From positions 1,490,001 through 1,554,000 of the forward strand of contig MU053933.1 of the NCBI GenBank assembly GCA_013239625.1: a stretch of DNA of 64,000 nt. The letters are read 5' to 3'. This DNA comes from Lama guanicoe (taxonomy: Eukaryota). Positions 51,758-64,000 of this stretch are shown in pieces. Under the pieces are notes generated by a model. It was given only the letters and a program-made list of their open reading frames with translations. It searched no databases and was not told the origin of the DNA. How positions within the stretch are numbered: the stretch's first letter is position 1; each line of letters begins with the position of its first letter. Made by a program: the position numbers and the translations under genes.

Positions 51758-51840
51758 TTTTTTAACATTTTTTATTGATTTATTGTCATTTTACAATGTT
51801 GTGTCAAATTCCAGTGTTCAGCACAATTTTTCAGTCATAC
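51758..51840 (-). mobile_element. 83-bp camelid-type L1 3' end with perfect 10-bp TSD
   Basis: TSD tataaaagtt at 51748-51757 and 51841-51850; poly(T); body matches the 3' end of the 16339 copy. Confidence 0.88.
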
Positions 51841-52289
51841 TATAAAAGTTAACCTATGCAACCAGATCAACTTTCTAGACTCAGATCCTGGATATTCCTA
51901 TTTATTTTTGTTTTTCTAAGCTGATGAGGATCAAAAGAGGTACATTAAAGTCTCTTAAACTTAACACTTCTTTTCCCATTTCTGCTTGTCTTCCCACCAA
52001 GTTTGCCTCGTAAATCAGTGCTGTTTATCTGGTATATAATTTTATGACAGCTGTAACTTTGCTGAAGACGAACCCCTTCACTGACACCTCCTTTCTTCAG
52101 TGAATCTGAACCTGATGACTGTATTTCTATCACGTAAAACTCTACCTCTACTGAAGAAATATCTGGGGGGGGGGCAATGAAGCATTTGGCATCATAAGCT
52201 GAGAGATCATTTTAAGGTAGTTTTTGGGGGGAAAACATTTTTCATGTTAAGATACATACTGGAACCTTGCAGGAAAACTTACATTCCAG

Positions 52290-52780
52290 CCACATATTTT
52301 GGTAGATAGTTTCCAGAGACGACTTCCCAAGACGGTGCCTCTGCAGACCCTTGGGCTGTTCCTGCCCTAAGACTCAATGTGTAACTAGCAGAACACATCA
52401 GACCTGCTGCGTGACTTTCAAGGAAAGGTGGAGAGGAGCCTGACGGCTTCCCCCTTGGTCTCTTGCCACTTGCTCCAGGAGCCCTGGGTCGCTAGAAAAG
52501 CAATCGGACTCTCCCGAGGTTGCTGTGGTGCAGAGACCACAGGAAAAGCGCATGGTGGAGAAGCCCTAGGACCACAGAGGAGAGGACATCCACCAGCCCC
52601 TCGCTGTTCCATCCCTCAGCAATCTGGGTCACCCCAGCTGAGGCCCCAGACAGAGCAGAGCCACAGCAAATCATCCCTGCCAAGCCCTGAGCAAACTGCA
52701 GGTTTGCAAGCAAAATAAATGCCTGCTGTTTACAGATGAAGTTTGGGGCAGTTTGTTACATAGCAGTAGACAGTGGGAAC
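52290..52780 (+). mobile_element. Old MaLR LTR (MLT1H/I/J-like)
   Basis: aagccctgagcaaactgcagg...agcaaaataaatg...agtttggggcagtttgttacatagcagtagacagtgggaaca. Confidence 0.7.
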
Positions 52781-53289
52781 ATCACTAACACATCACTGAA
52801 GAAACACTACACAGCAAAGGCACATGGTATCAGAGCAGGCGCCAGCAACAAACACGACAAACTTACTGGGAGATGGAGCCCCGTACCATGTATCCAGTAC
52901 TAGGACAGCAAATGCCAACCCTGCACTTCACTGACTGCCGATAACTGAAGAGCAAATTGTGAGGTGAAATAAATGTGAGTAAACTCTTACACTGATAACT
53001 CGAGTGTCTGTCAGACTGTCTGGGATGCTTACAAAAGTCAACCTTAGGACTAAAAATGACTGCTGGCTTAATTTTCTGTTAAAATGTACTTATTTTTTGT
53101 AGGCTCATTTTTCTTTGAAGTTTATAGATATTTCTAGAGGTTACCATAGTAATTATATAAGAAATGAAACTAGTGTGAATAATGTTTTCTGATAAAAAAT
53201 ATAAAGAATTGAAGTATAGTATGTCTGATATTTTTGCTTTAGTTTGTAATAACTTTGTCTTATTTTCAACAATAAGAAATAATAATAGG

Positions 53290-54600
53290 GTACTGGCATA
53301 ATGACAGCCATATAGAGCAATGGCAGGAATAAATACTCAAATTTATGACCAAATGATTTCCAAAAAGGTATCAAGGCAACTGAATGGAGAAAGGATAAAA
53401 GAAAAATCTTTTCAACAAATGGTGCTGGGACAACTGGATAGTTAGTTGCGTGCAAAGAAATGAAACTGGACCCCTACCTCACACCGTACATAAAGATTAA
53501 CTCAAAGTGAATCAAAGACCAAAATGTGTGAGTTAAAGCTATAAAACCCTTAGAAAAAAACATAGGAGTAAATTTCATGTCCTTGAAGTAGACAATGGTT
53601 TCTTAGTTTTACAACAAAACACAAGCAACTAAAGAAAAACTATACTGGATGTCATCATAATTAAAACATTTGTGCTTCAAAGGACATTATCAAGAAAGTG
53701 AAAAGACAACCACAAAATGAGAGAACTTTTTGCAATCATGTATCTGACAAGGGACTGGTATCTAGAATATACAAAAAAACCCTTACAACTCAATAATAAA
53801 GAGATAAAGGACTTAATTTTACAACGGGCAAAGAGCTTGAATAGACATTTCTCCAAAGAAAATACACAAATGGCCAAAGAGCACATGAAAAGACGCTCAA
53901 TATCATTAGCCATCAGGGACATGCAAATCAAAACCATGATGAGATACCACTTCATGCCCACTATGATGGCTATAGCCAAAAAAATAACTAAAAAGCACTG
54001 GTGGGAATGTAAAATGGTGAAGTCAATGTCAGAAAATGGTCTGACAGTTCCTCAAACGGTTAAAGCCATACTGTATGACCCAGCAAGCCCACTCCGAGCT
54101 GTATCCCCAAGAGAAATGAAAGCCTGTCCGTGCAAAAAACTCGTACACAAATGTTCACAGCATCATTAATCGTAATAACCAAAAAACAGAAACAACCCAA
54201 ATGTCCATCGATTGATAAATGGATAAATGTGGTAGCCATACAACAGAAAGGAATGAAGCGCTGACACCCGCTATGACATAAATGCCTTGAAAACACTATG
54301 CTACGCGAACAAAGTAAACAAACAGCCCATCACAAAGGACCACGCTCTACGGGTCCACTATACGGAGTGTCAGGCACAGGAAAAATCCGGAGTCAAGAAG
54401 CAGGTTAGTGGCTGCCTGGAGCTAGGGAAACGGCAGGGCTGGGGAATGGCGGAGGCTGGCAGGCTTTCTTTTGAGGAGATGAAATGCTTTAAAACTGATC
54501 ATGGAAAGCGATGCACAGCATATGTACTAACGCCATCAAATTATATACTTTAAATTGGCAAACTGTATGGTGTATTATTGTATCTCAATAAAGCTGTTAA
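53290..54600 (+). mobile_element. L1 (L1MB-like) ORF2 3' region and 3' UTR
   Basis: ORF 53717..54169 KSLNRHFSKENTQMAKEHMKRRSISLAIRDMQIKTMMRYH; ends tatctcaataaagctgttaa. Confidence 0.9.
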
Positions 54601-55643
54601 GAAGGAGTAACTGTAGGGACACACAGCCCCGTTCACTGGGTTACTCAGTCTCTACTGCTCATCCTGGGCCTGTGTTCTATAAACCACTTATCTGTAGCGC
54701 TAATTCGCCATATTTTTTGAAATAAACATAAGCAAGTTTGCTCTATTAATACTATGACCCTGTTTTACTGTTTGGGTTCTTTCCTTTGCACGTGCAGTGG
54801 TACTTTCTTATCAAGTCAATCATTTAGCTGTCGGGGTGGGAGTAGGCCAAAGGCCATGGGTAATCTCAGTCTGGGAACTGCCTCTGTACACTATTTATGG
54901 AAAGCCCCCCTCAGAGCTGGAGGGAGTGCCCAGTCCCACTGGGAAGTGGCTTCTAGAATCCAGTTTCTCTCCTGGCTTCTGTGGTGAGAAGCCCGATCGG
55001 AGAGAAGCAGCCAGCGCCTGAGGGTCAGCTGGCAGGAATGAAGCAAGGCCCTCCGCCTGCTACTGTCAGTCTGCAGTGTCAGACAGGCTCCTGGGAGCCG
55101 TTCCCACACCGCTTACAATCTGCTGGCGTGTTCGCCCATAAACCCTGCCTCGCCAGGTTAGATAAGTTTCCACTGCAGAATGAGCACACTTTGTGAGGAC
55201 AGCCAGTCATAGAAAAATCACTGGCAAAGCCTATGGTGACACAGTTTCACTTCCAGCCAAACGCGCTGACCTCAGATCCACCAGGAAGGAAGCAGGAGTC
55301 CCCGCCTCCCCATGGCTCACCTGCGAGCAGAACTCCTGTTCTTGCCACTTGCTCAGAATCTCTCCCTCTACACTCAACTGCACTCTCAGGAAAGAAAGAC
55401 TCCCAGCATCTTTCGTTTCTCCCAACCTGTAACTGTGGTTAACTGGATGCCGTGGATACCAGGCACCAAACTGCCCTGAATTAGGAAGACCTCCACATGA
55501 CTAGAAGCAACCATGCCCGGGGGCACAGAAGCCAGACCGCCTTCGGTGATCTCAAAATCTCTCTCCACAATCACCTCTGTTCTCCCAGAGTGTCACACAC
55601 CACTCTGTCTCTGTGCATGGCAGGTGAAGGCCACGCTCTGGGG

Positions 55644-55834
55644 CACAGGTTCTCAAAGTAGCAAAGGAGGATCTTCTTGCCGCCAGCAGACATTTGGCAA
55701 CATCTGGATTTGTTGTCACAGCTGGGGGTTGCCCCTGGCCTCTAGTGGGTAGAGTCCAGGCGTCTCTAAACCCCGACAACGCACAGAACACCCCTCCTGA
55801 CAGAGAATTCTACTGCTGAGCTTGAGAAGCACTG
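55644..55834 (+). mobile_element. MER20 hAT-Charlie element with 8-bp TSD
   Basis: gacatttggcaacatctgga...ttgtcacagctgggg...tctagtgggtagagtccagg...ttgagaagcactg. TSD ctctgggg / ctctaggg. Confidence 0.85.
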
Positions 55835-56619
55835 CTCTAGGGACATGAACTCAACGACACAGCACTCATCAAAGACCCACCGCCTCACAGGGCCTGTCCC
55901 TTAACCCAGGAGGCAAGGCTCACTGCCTCCTTGTTTCAGAGCAACTGCCACTCAGCTAAATTCAATGGTTTTCAGGCCTTGTGCCAGGATCACCTAGAAG
56001 CCTGGTGGCACCACGCGTGGTACCATCCCAACTGCTAACCAAAAATACCCAGCACTTTCCCTCAAATCAATCATGAAATAGTACTACTTTCTCCTTCTGA
56101 CGTAACAGTACGTCAGCAAAACACCCTCAGCCCAGCACCTGTTAGACTTGTCTGATGACAGAGAGCCTCGGTTATCTCTACAGTGCAAGTGTCCATGATG
56201 GGAGACAGCTTGCAGAGGACACGCCCCTTCCCAAGCCACCTTAGCGCTGTCCACTGAGGGGTCTGATCCGTAAGGGAAAAGGGGCAACACTAGCTGGTCA
56301 TGACCTCGACCAGGTCACCAGTCCAGGGTGTCCTCCTAGGGCCTAGCTTATACTTGTCCCACATCTGTCCCTGAGTCCTAAATACTTCCATTCGGCTGTT
56401 GTCCTGAAAGCTGATTCGATGAATGATTCAGAGACAGAACCAAGATGAAATCACAGTGGTCAGTGCTCACACTGAAAATCAGCTCCCGCCCAGCCAGCCT
56501 CACCTTCCAGGAGGCCCGACCACAGTGCGAGGGTCCACACAGTCCCTGATGATCTCTCCTGGAGCTCAAACAACCAGCCACCTCCAGCGACCACAGAGAT
56601 CCCCACACACAGAAAAGCT

Positions 56620-56860
56620 GGACCGTTCTGCAGCCTTGGGGAAGAGCAACTGCCAGAAGGTGAAGGTGGGCCACACGGAAAAGGGTCTAGTGGTTCCTCA
56701 AAGATTAAACACAGAGCTTCCCCGTGACCCAGCACTTCCACTGCCAAGCACACCCAGGGGCTGAGCACTCATGTTCACACGGAAACCTGCACACGAATGT
56801 TCACAGCAGCACTACCCCTAACAGCCAGAGAGCGGAAACACCCAAATGCCCAACCGCTGA
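56620..56860 (+). mobile_element. L1 ORF2 3' fragment
   Basis: tggttcctcaaagattaaacacagagcttccccgtgacccagca; gaatgttcacagcagcacta. Confidence 0.75.
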
Positions 56861-59683
56861 CTCTTCACTCCAGGCTTGGACTAGGTGACAGAAGCCTGGC
56901 TAAATGTCACGGCACAGATCTGGCAACTTACTCTCCCACACACAGACCCACCCACGTCCAGGGCTGGGACAGACGTTAACCATCATCTGGGGCCTAAGAC
57001 TCTTTCCTCAGAAGTCTTTTCCTGAGGGTCACAGACTCAAGAACACAGGGCTGGTCAGTGGTGGAAGCAGAAGTGGACACTGGCCTCCATTCTCACATAG
57101 CCACCGCTCCCCATGTCAGGGAGCATGCATGGAGGAGGGGGACGGGGAGCAGGAGAGAGCAGGGCGGGGAGCAGTGACACAAGGCCACTGACACGGAGCT
57201 GCTCTGCTATCAGCTCTGTGGGACTATCTCATCCAAGAAAGATAAGCTGGATCCAGTCCTGCCGTGAATTATCAACAATCAGTCGTGTTGATTCTATGAT
57301 CATCATCTAATATTGTTTGAATGAATGAACTCAGAATTAATGGGCAAGGAATGTAATTATGATTTTCAAATCACCAAAAAGCAGAAAAAGTAGTTAGAAA
57401 AATAGGTTTTCCACTCGCAAGCTAGGCAAGTTAATCTTCACAGGGCTGTGATAATAATTTGCCATCTTCTTTTAAGTTCCTTTTCGTCCACGTATAACAG
57501 TCACTGAAAACAATCGCACCTCTACGTCAAACAGTACCTTGCCCACATAACGTGCTGCCACCCCCCACAACTCAGTAACAGTCACAGCAGCGTGCCACGC
57601 GGCTACAGCAGGTATCACTACTCCACTCCGCAGATGAGGGAAGTCAAGTCCAGAGACTTTACATCCTGGGAAGTGGACTCTCTGGGCCTAAAAATCCAGA
57701 CCTTTCATACCATATTAACCTATGATTAAGAACAGTGACTATGGATGAGTAAGAAATTTAACAACATCAATGTTTAAACAAATCTTGACACCCAGGTTTT
57801 GCTTAGGATACAGGAAATGGAGCGAGCTATACCTCTATTCTTTAAAAGGGGCAGGGTAGATGATCTGAAAAAACACAACTCATCTTGAACACATCAGAGA
57901 GCTGAGGCTGAAGATTGACCAACTGACACGAAAAATAAGGAAAGGAGGTGCCACGAGCAGAGGTGTGAGGCAAGCACCTGCTGGCCGGGGGCAGACGCTG
58001 GGTGCCACACAGGCCAGCAAGAAAGATTCAGTCAAAAGGTACAACAAACCACCAGACGGGCGACTGCCTGGGCAGAGAGCGGGCAGAGGGGCTGACTGCA
58101 AAGGGAAGACAGTGGGAGAAGGGGAGAGGTGGGAGACACGATGGAGCCGCTCCACACCTTAACTGTGTGGTTACGTGACGATATGCATTTGACAAAACCT
58201 GCAGAACTGCAAAAAGGTGAGGGAAAAATTGTGATGGGTTAATTTATTGTGTGTAAATTTTTTTAAAAGAATCCTGTTTTAGAAGCAGAGGACCTGACAG
58301 CAACCGCAGTCTCTGTGGTAATGCCACCTCCCTGTGGACTGGAGTCTTGGCATCCGGACATGTGAGTCCCAGAGGCCTCTGGGGAGCAGCGCTTTAATAA
58401 ACCACCACTGCGGGGTGCGATCGTCCCAGCGAATGCATCACGTGTAAGGGGGAAGTACAAGTGCCCACTTTCCGACTCTTCAGGGGGTTCCCACGCGAGC
58501 CCCTCCGGGCGGGGAGAAAAAAGCCAAGCTGCGCTCGTACACTGGGCAGCAGGCTGGCCTTACCCGCTGGCCGCTGCCCAACCACTGTCCACCAGCTGGC
58601 CATGCAAGCAGCCCATATCCCCAATTCAGCAGAATGAAAAATCACACACATCACAGACCTTTGAGGTCACCTGCAAATAGTAGAAAATTGAATCATCAAA
58701 TTTGCAAATACCTTCTACTGAAAAAAAAAAGACCTTAAACAATTTTAAAAGGTAGAGCAATGGAAGCCTCCACCACTGAAGGTGCCACAGCGGAAGTACG
58801 GAAGGCCCTCCTGCAGAAGATCGACGTGCCAGCCAGGCTAAGCCAGGACCAGCCCAGGCACCACCTGGGTCTCAGCTTCTGCCCCAGAAGAACAGCGCCT
58901 ATTTTTAAGGGATTAAGAAGAAACGGTCTACACGGGATCCACTTCATTAGGGTTTCAGCAGATGAAGGGCAACGCCACGAGGAAAAATAAAATTTCCTCT
59001 CTCCTTCACGGCAGAGTCAGCCCAAGAGCAGCACAGGACACAGCAGAGATGAAAGAGCTACGTAAAAACGACAGGCAGCCGCACGGAACAGCTTCACTGA
59101 CTTCAGAACAGCGAGCCCGACGCCCCCCGCGCACGCCGCCTCCGGCTATGCTGGGACGGCAGCGTCACGTACTTGGCCACTTGCCTTTATCCTTTCAGCA
59201 GTTTTGCCAGAGAATTCTGTCTAACTATAACTATAATTTTGGGGGGAACTTCACGAAAGAGACAATTCAGGGTTTTGGAATTCTTTAATTACAGTACCAA
59301 AACAGCAGCAAGAGCTTCACTTCGGCTCAGCGTAAGGCTGTCACTTCAGCTAGACGGTACATGGGGATGGCTCCCGGTGATAAGTGGCTGAGCTTACAGC
59401 TCTGTCCTGACGCCGTCACGCAGGCAGAACAGAACACGCAGCCTCACCCACTGTTTCCCAGGAGGAGTCCTTCTCACTCACCGACACTGATCAGAATCCC
59501 CGGGGTGCTGCCCCACAACACACACTCCCGGTACCTCTCCCAGACCCGCTGAGTCAGACTCGCCAGGGCAGGAGCCGGCTTGACAGCGTTCCTGAGAGGA
59601 GCTCATGCGCACACACCCCCGACTGTGACCGCTGGTCTGCAGCACACTTCCGAAAGTCGCTACATTTGAAAAGAACTACTCAC

Positions 59684-59816
59684 TTGTTACGATTCCAGCC
59701 AAAGCAAAAACAAACTGATTTTCGTCAGAATCCAGCTCCTTGACATCACCATCTAGTGACTTCACAAAACTCTCCATTGTTTGACCAGTGATGTTGAAAA
59801 ACTTCAAAGCTTTATC
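59684..59816 (-). CDS. HSF2BP: HSF2BP coding exon (133 nt): DKALKFFNITGQTMESFVKSLDGDVKELDSDENQFVFALAGIVT(N)
   Basis: Translated by hand (not in the ORF track). Acceptor tttcag|GAT, donor ACAA|gtgagt. Frame continues from the previous exon. Confidence 0.97.
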
Positions 59817-60529
59817 CTGAAAGTTTAGAAATGAAAGTATTACACCCTTTCACAGATGCCAGTGGGAAAACACTTTCAAAGCACAGGACACAGGAGACAG
59901 ACTTCAGTTCTAACCAAAGAAGCAATATTTTAAAATCCATTCCTTCATTGAAAGTTCCCATTGAAAAGATCAGAAGAAAGAAGTTTGGCGCATGTAGAAA
60001 AAGCACCCTGCAGACTGACAGAAAGAGTAAAATAAAAATACTTACAGGAAACAGCTCACATTTACACAATGACAGAAGTGCTGAGATGCATTCACCCAGA
60101 TACACTAGACATACACTAGAAAAATATGTTCTCTGCTCTAGGCATGAACCCAGAGGTGTTCACACCTTTGGCAGAACTGTTTCTGAAACGAAGTCTTAAC
60201 TGAAACCTCGATATGTAAAAGACTGTGAGCAGCCGCATCGGGCGGGTCAAGTGTTCATCCCTCGGCAAGAAGTATCTCCAAGTATGCAGAACCTTGAAAG
60301 CGCTTCCTTGGGGGGCTGGGTTCTAAGGAACAGTTTGAAAACCAATGCATTTGCAAATGGCACAATGGAACTTCATGGACTGACATAAATGTTCTAAGAC
60401 TGGACTGTGATACAAATATTCTAAGACACAACTCTACAAGTTAGCTAAAAACCACTAAATTGTATAGTTATAAATGAATGAATTTTATGGTATGTTAGTT
60501 ATACCTCAATAAAGGTCAATAAACTTTAA

Positions 60530-61195
60530 AACATATCTAGCGTCTCCACCATTTTTACTTCTGCGAGTGACAAGTAACGCACCACTGGCCTCCGGCCAAC
60601 CACCTTACTCCCGGTCAGGCCCCCCGTCCTCCCAGAGTCAAAGCACCTTTCTTTTGGGTTCCTGTCGTCCTCTCGGCTGCAGAGGCCACTCAGCCACCAT
60701 TCTGGCCTCAACCACACAGCTCTCCCACTTCCCGGCCCCCAGCGCCTGGGGTGCTGCCCGGTCCCCTGGGCTGGCCTCCCGAGTAGTCCTCCTGTCCCAT
60801 CCCCACACCCACAGTGCCCACTCCTCACTTCCTGTCAGGTTAATCTCCCCACATTCTTCTCTTGTCCTGTCACTCTTTGACTCAAAACCCTTAAGGAATC
60901 CAGTCCTACCACCCGCTGGATAAAACCATCAACCTAGCATTAAGGGCTTCCAAAACTACACTGCACCCTACCTTTTAAGCCTCATCTCCCTACGACTTTA
61001 CCACACTAACCCTGCACTCTTTGTCAAATGGCCCATGAACTGTCCCTAGAATAAACTCCAGACTTCTCACTCCACGACTTTGACTGCGCTGTTTCTCTCC
61101 TCCTGAGTGATCTTCCTCATTTTCTCCACTGCTGCCTATTCAAGTTCATCAAGGTTCATTTCAAATCTCTCTTCGTCAGTGAAGCTCCCTGACGT
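60530..61195 (+). mobile_element. L2 fragment
   Basis: ctcaaaaccctt...gataaaacc...agcctcatctcc...ttcatttcaaat...cagtgaagcttccctgac. Confidence 0.6.
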
Positions 61196-61532
61196 GTGTG
61201 TGCACGCATGCTATCAACATGTGTATGTTAAATAACACGTAACATTCAGTCAATTCAATACCACACTATCTATGGAATATGTATGTTTATGTATTAAATG
61301 CACCTAAATGTCAAGAAATAATACTGAAGTAGAGCTATCTGCACAAGTGCCACACTGATGCTGAGAGAGAATCTGGGATCTTACTGCATTCGGTTTACAC
61401 ATCCCCCAGAGCAGCAGGGCACAACCCTGCACGGCTGCTATTCCACAACGATTCCATGAGCACAAGCGGCAGCTGCAGCCGCGCGGTTACATGAGCACGG
61501 ACCTATGACAGCCAGGCGGCGGGGCGCCTTAC

Positions 61533-61682
61533 CCCCCCCAGGATGGCCTTGACCACCTCCTCGCTGCTGGACACGCCCCACAAGATGGTGCAGGCAGCCG
61601 CTCCCATCTCCGTGCAATACTCTGCCTGCTGCAGGAGCTGCTGCCTGGCTTCGTTCAGCTGCTGTCGAAGAGCCAGTTTCTC
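61533..61682 (-). CDS. HSF2BP: HSF2BP/MEILB2 coding exon (150 nt, phase 0/0): EKLALRQQLNEARQQLLQQAEYCTEMGAAACTILWGVSSSEEVVKAILGG; end of coiled coil and start of armadillo domain
   Basis: Translation recognised as HSF2BP (about human aa 98-147). Acceptor tttcag|GAG and donor GGG|gtaagg on the minus strand. Upstream exons lie outside the window. Confidence 0.97.
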
Positions 61683-63099
61683 CTGAAAGCGAAACAAAAT
61701 AAAATCAGAAAAATAAATAGCATTCAACCTCGAAATATCTCTACTGTGTTTCCTCTTTCCAAGATATTTTTAAAGAAAAGGAATACACACAGAATATAGA
61801 AAACGGTTGGTAAGTGAATACTAGCCCTTAGAGAGGCAAATTCCTTAATTTTTAAAAACTTCAGAGGCAAAAAGAACACTCATAGAAATGAACATAGTAC
61901 TGCACTGGAGTTTATAAATATATAAATATAAATGCCAAAGACTTGAATTCAACTTCTTTCAAGTAAGACGAACAATGAGGCACCTCAGATCCCAATGGCT
62001 ACACCCAGGACCAGCACCAGCTAGCACACCTGAAGGAAGTGATACCTACCAGAGCAACAGTTCTAATAAAGGAGCCTGCAGCCGCCAAGCGGCACTGCAC
62101 TGTGAAAGCGCCACATGACAGCCAAGCCCAGGCAGGAAGACGGGAGCAGAGGCGGGGAGGGGGGAGAAGGAAGGGCCCCCCAGGCGTGCCCTGACGCAGC
62201 GAGCTAAGCACCAGCGTAACAAGAACACGGAGGCCAGATAAGACTTCTCAACCTCCCACCAGCAGCTTCTAAGAAGCAAGTCTCAGCCAGGGCTCCTGGC
62301 AAGGGAGCTGTCCTCCTGATGTCACCCTGACCAAGGGTCAGCTTCACGTGGGCCTCAGGTGACACGAGGCTTCTTACCCCTCCAAGCATCACCACCACCA
62401 GTTTCTCTCTTCCTTGCAACCTGAAGTTCCCTTAAAACATGAGAGAATTTCCTTACTTAACAACAGGTAAACTTAAAAACAGAAAAACCCAAACTCATTT
62501 ATACAGGAGTGTAATTAGCTTAAGGGCCCACAGGGAGAGCCTATGCAATGTTTCAGGTGTCCTTTCACAGAGGTGAGCGCAGGACAATTACAGCAGAGGA
62601 GCTTTTCGCCGAGGGCTGGAAACGCAGCAGCGGACCACAGATCAAACTTTGCTGACTCCATGGCTCGGCCCAGGGTGGCCCATTCACACCCACCTGGGGA
62701 CAGTGCATTTGGTACACAGAGCTTCATACACATTCATACATAGAGTCACATTTATTTTAGGAGAAAAATGTCACTGAGCCTATGACACATGCTAAAACTG
62801 CTTTATGTGATTTATAAACTCTGGGTTTTAATATCTGACTTCATCAGAATAGCAGCCTGGTTCCAAGACTCACTCTTCAGTCACTCAGGCAGTGGTGACA
62901 TACGCAAAACTGTATCAGAGCATTTCCTTTCAGAATTCCAGCTTTTCTCAGAACTGAAGCGGGCTGTATTCCAATTAGTCTGTTTATGGCGGTTTTTCCA
63001 CTAGATCACAGGACTGTTGAGAATGACCATCAGAACTGCCTTCTATGGTCATATTTGGCGGTTTCAGACAAACATGGCCTGACACAGGGCTGCACAAAC

Positions 63100-64000
63100 A
63101 GCACAATAATATCAAGAGAAACTTAAAAAAAATTCCATAATATCAAAATTAAGAAAATACCTTGGAATAAATTTAAGAAAATTAGTTTAAGAAAATAATA
63201 AATAAAAATAATGCTTTACAGTAAAAACTATAAGCATTATTAAGAAAAAGATCCAAATACATGGAAAGATAACACCATGTTCAGGGACTGAAAGACTCAG
63301 TATTGGTAAGATGGCAACTCTCCCCAAATGGATCTATGGATTCAATACCATCTCTATCAAAATTTCAGCAGGTTTTTTGCACAAAAGTGATCATCTGATT
63401 CTAAAATTCACATGGAAATGAAAAAAAAAAAGCCTGAAAAAGAAAAACAATGTTAGAGGACTAAGGCCATCTATTTTCAAAAAGAACTTGTAATAAAGCT
63501 ACAGGAATCAAACCAGTGCGGTACTGGCATGAGGATGGACACAGAGATCAATGAAACACCGACATTTATGGCAATCAATTTGAACAAAGTTGCCAAGGCA
63601 ATCCAATGGAAAAAGTAATCTGTTCCACAAAAGATGCTAAAACAAAAACAAAAACAAAAACAAAAACAAAAACAAAAACAAAAACACGCTAAAATAACTA
63701 GATACTCAAATGTGGAAAAAAATCAACTCAAAAATCAATCACAGACCTACATGTAAAGTTTCTAGAAGAAAATCTCTGTCATCTTGGGTCAGGCAAATAT
63801 TTATCAGATAGACAGCACAGCAAAACCACAACCCACTACAAAATTGTAAATTGAACATCAAAATTTAAAACTTTCTTTCTTCAAAAGACACCAATCAGAA
63901 AGTGGAAAGCCATGGACTAAAAGAAAATATTTCTATATCTCAAAAAGGACTTGCCTGCAGAATATATAAGGAACTCTTACAACTCAAAAAGAAAACAATC
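63100..64000 (+). mobile_element. Old L1 ORF2 fragment running off the window
   Basis: aaatacatggaaagataacaccatgttc...aagatggcaactctccccaaatggatctatggattcaatacc; ctaaaattcacatggaa. Confidence 0.88.
63639..63685. repeat. (AAAAAC)n hexanucleotide repeat, about 8 units
   Basis: Perfect run inside L1. Confidence 0.95.

Overview
This is GC-rich mammalian genomic DNA, most likely camelid (alpaca/camel). The assignment rests on a tRNA-Ala-derived Vic-1-like SINE and camelid-type L1 3' ends. The only protein-coding gene I can support is the 3' part of HSF2BP (MEILB2, the meiotic BRCA2-binding armadillo protein) on the minus strand. Five coding exons (61533-61682, 59684-59816, 50638-50755, 41722-41825, 15871-16079) splice in frame at GT-AG junctions. 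They total 714 nt, or 237 aa plus stop, matching about human residues 98-334 as I recall that sequence. A likely poly(A) signal lies at 15363-15368, and the 5' exons are beyond the right edge. The rest is intron or intergenic DNA with decayed L1, L2, CR1/L3, MIR, MaLR LTRs, hAT MER elements, microsatellites and scattered CpG-rich patches. Almost all ORFs in the track are spurious or L1 debris. I see no convincing new biological system. The best leads are apparent AT->GC substitution patches in old repeats and in the last HSF2BP exon, a YY1 motif inside a MER96B-like element next to a CpG patch, and sense-oriented L1 poly(A) signals in introns. Repeat boundaries are approximate and family names come from recalled consensus sequences, not a search.
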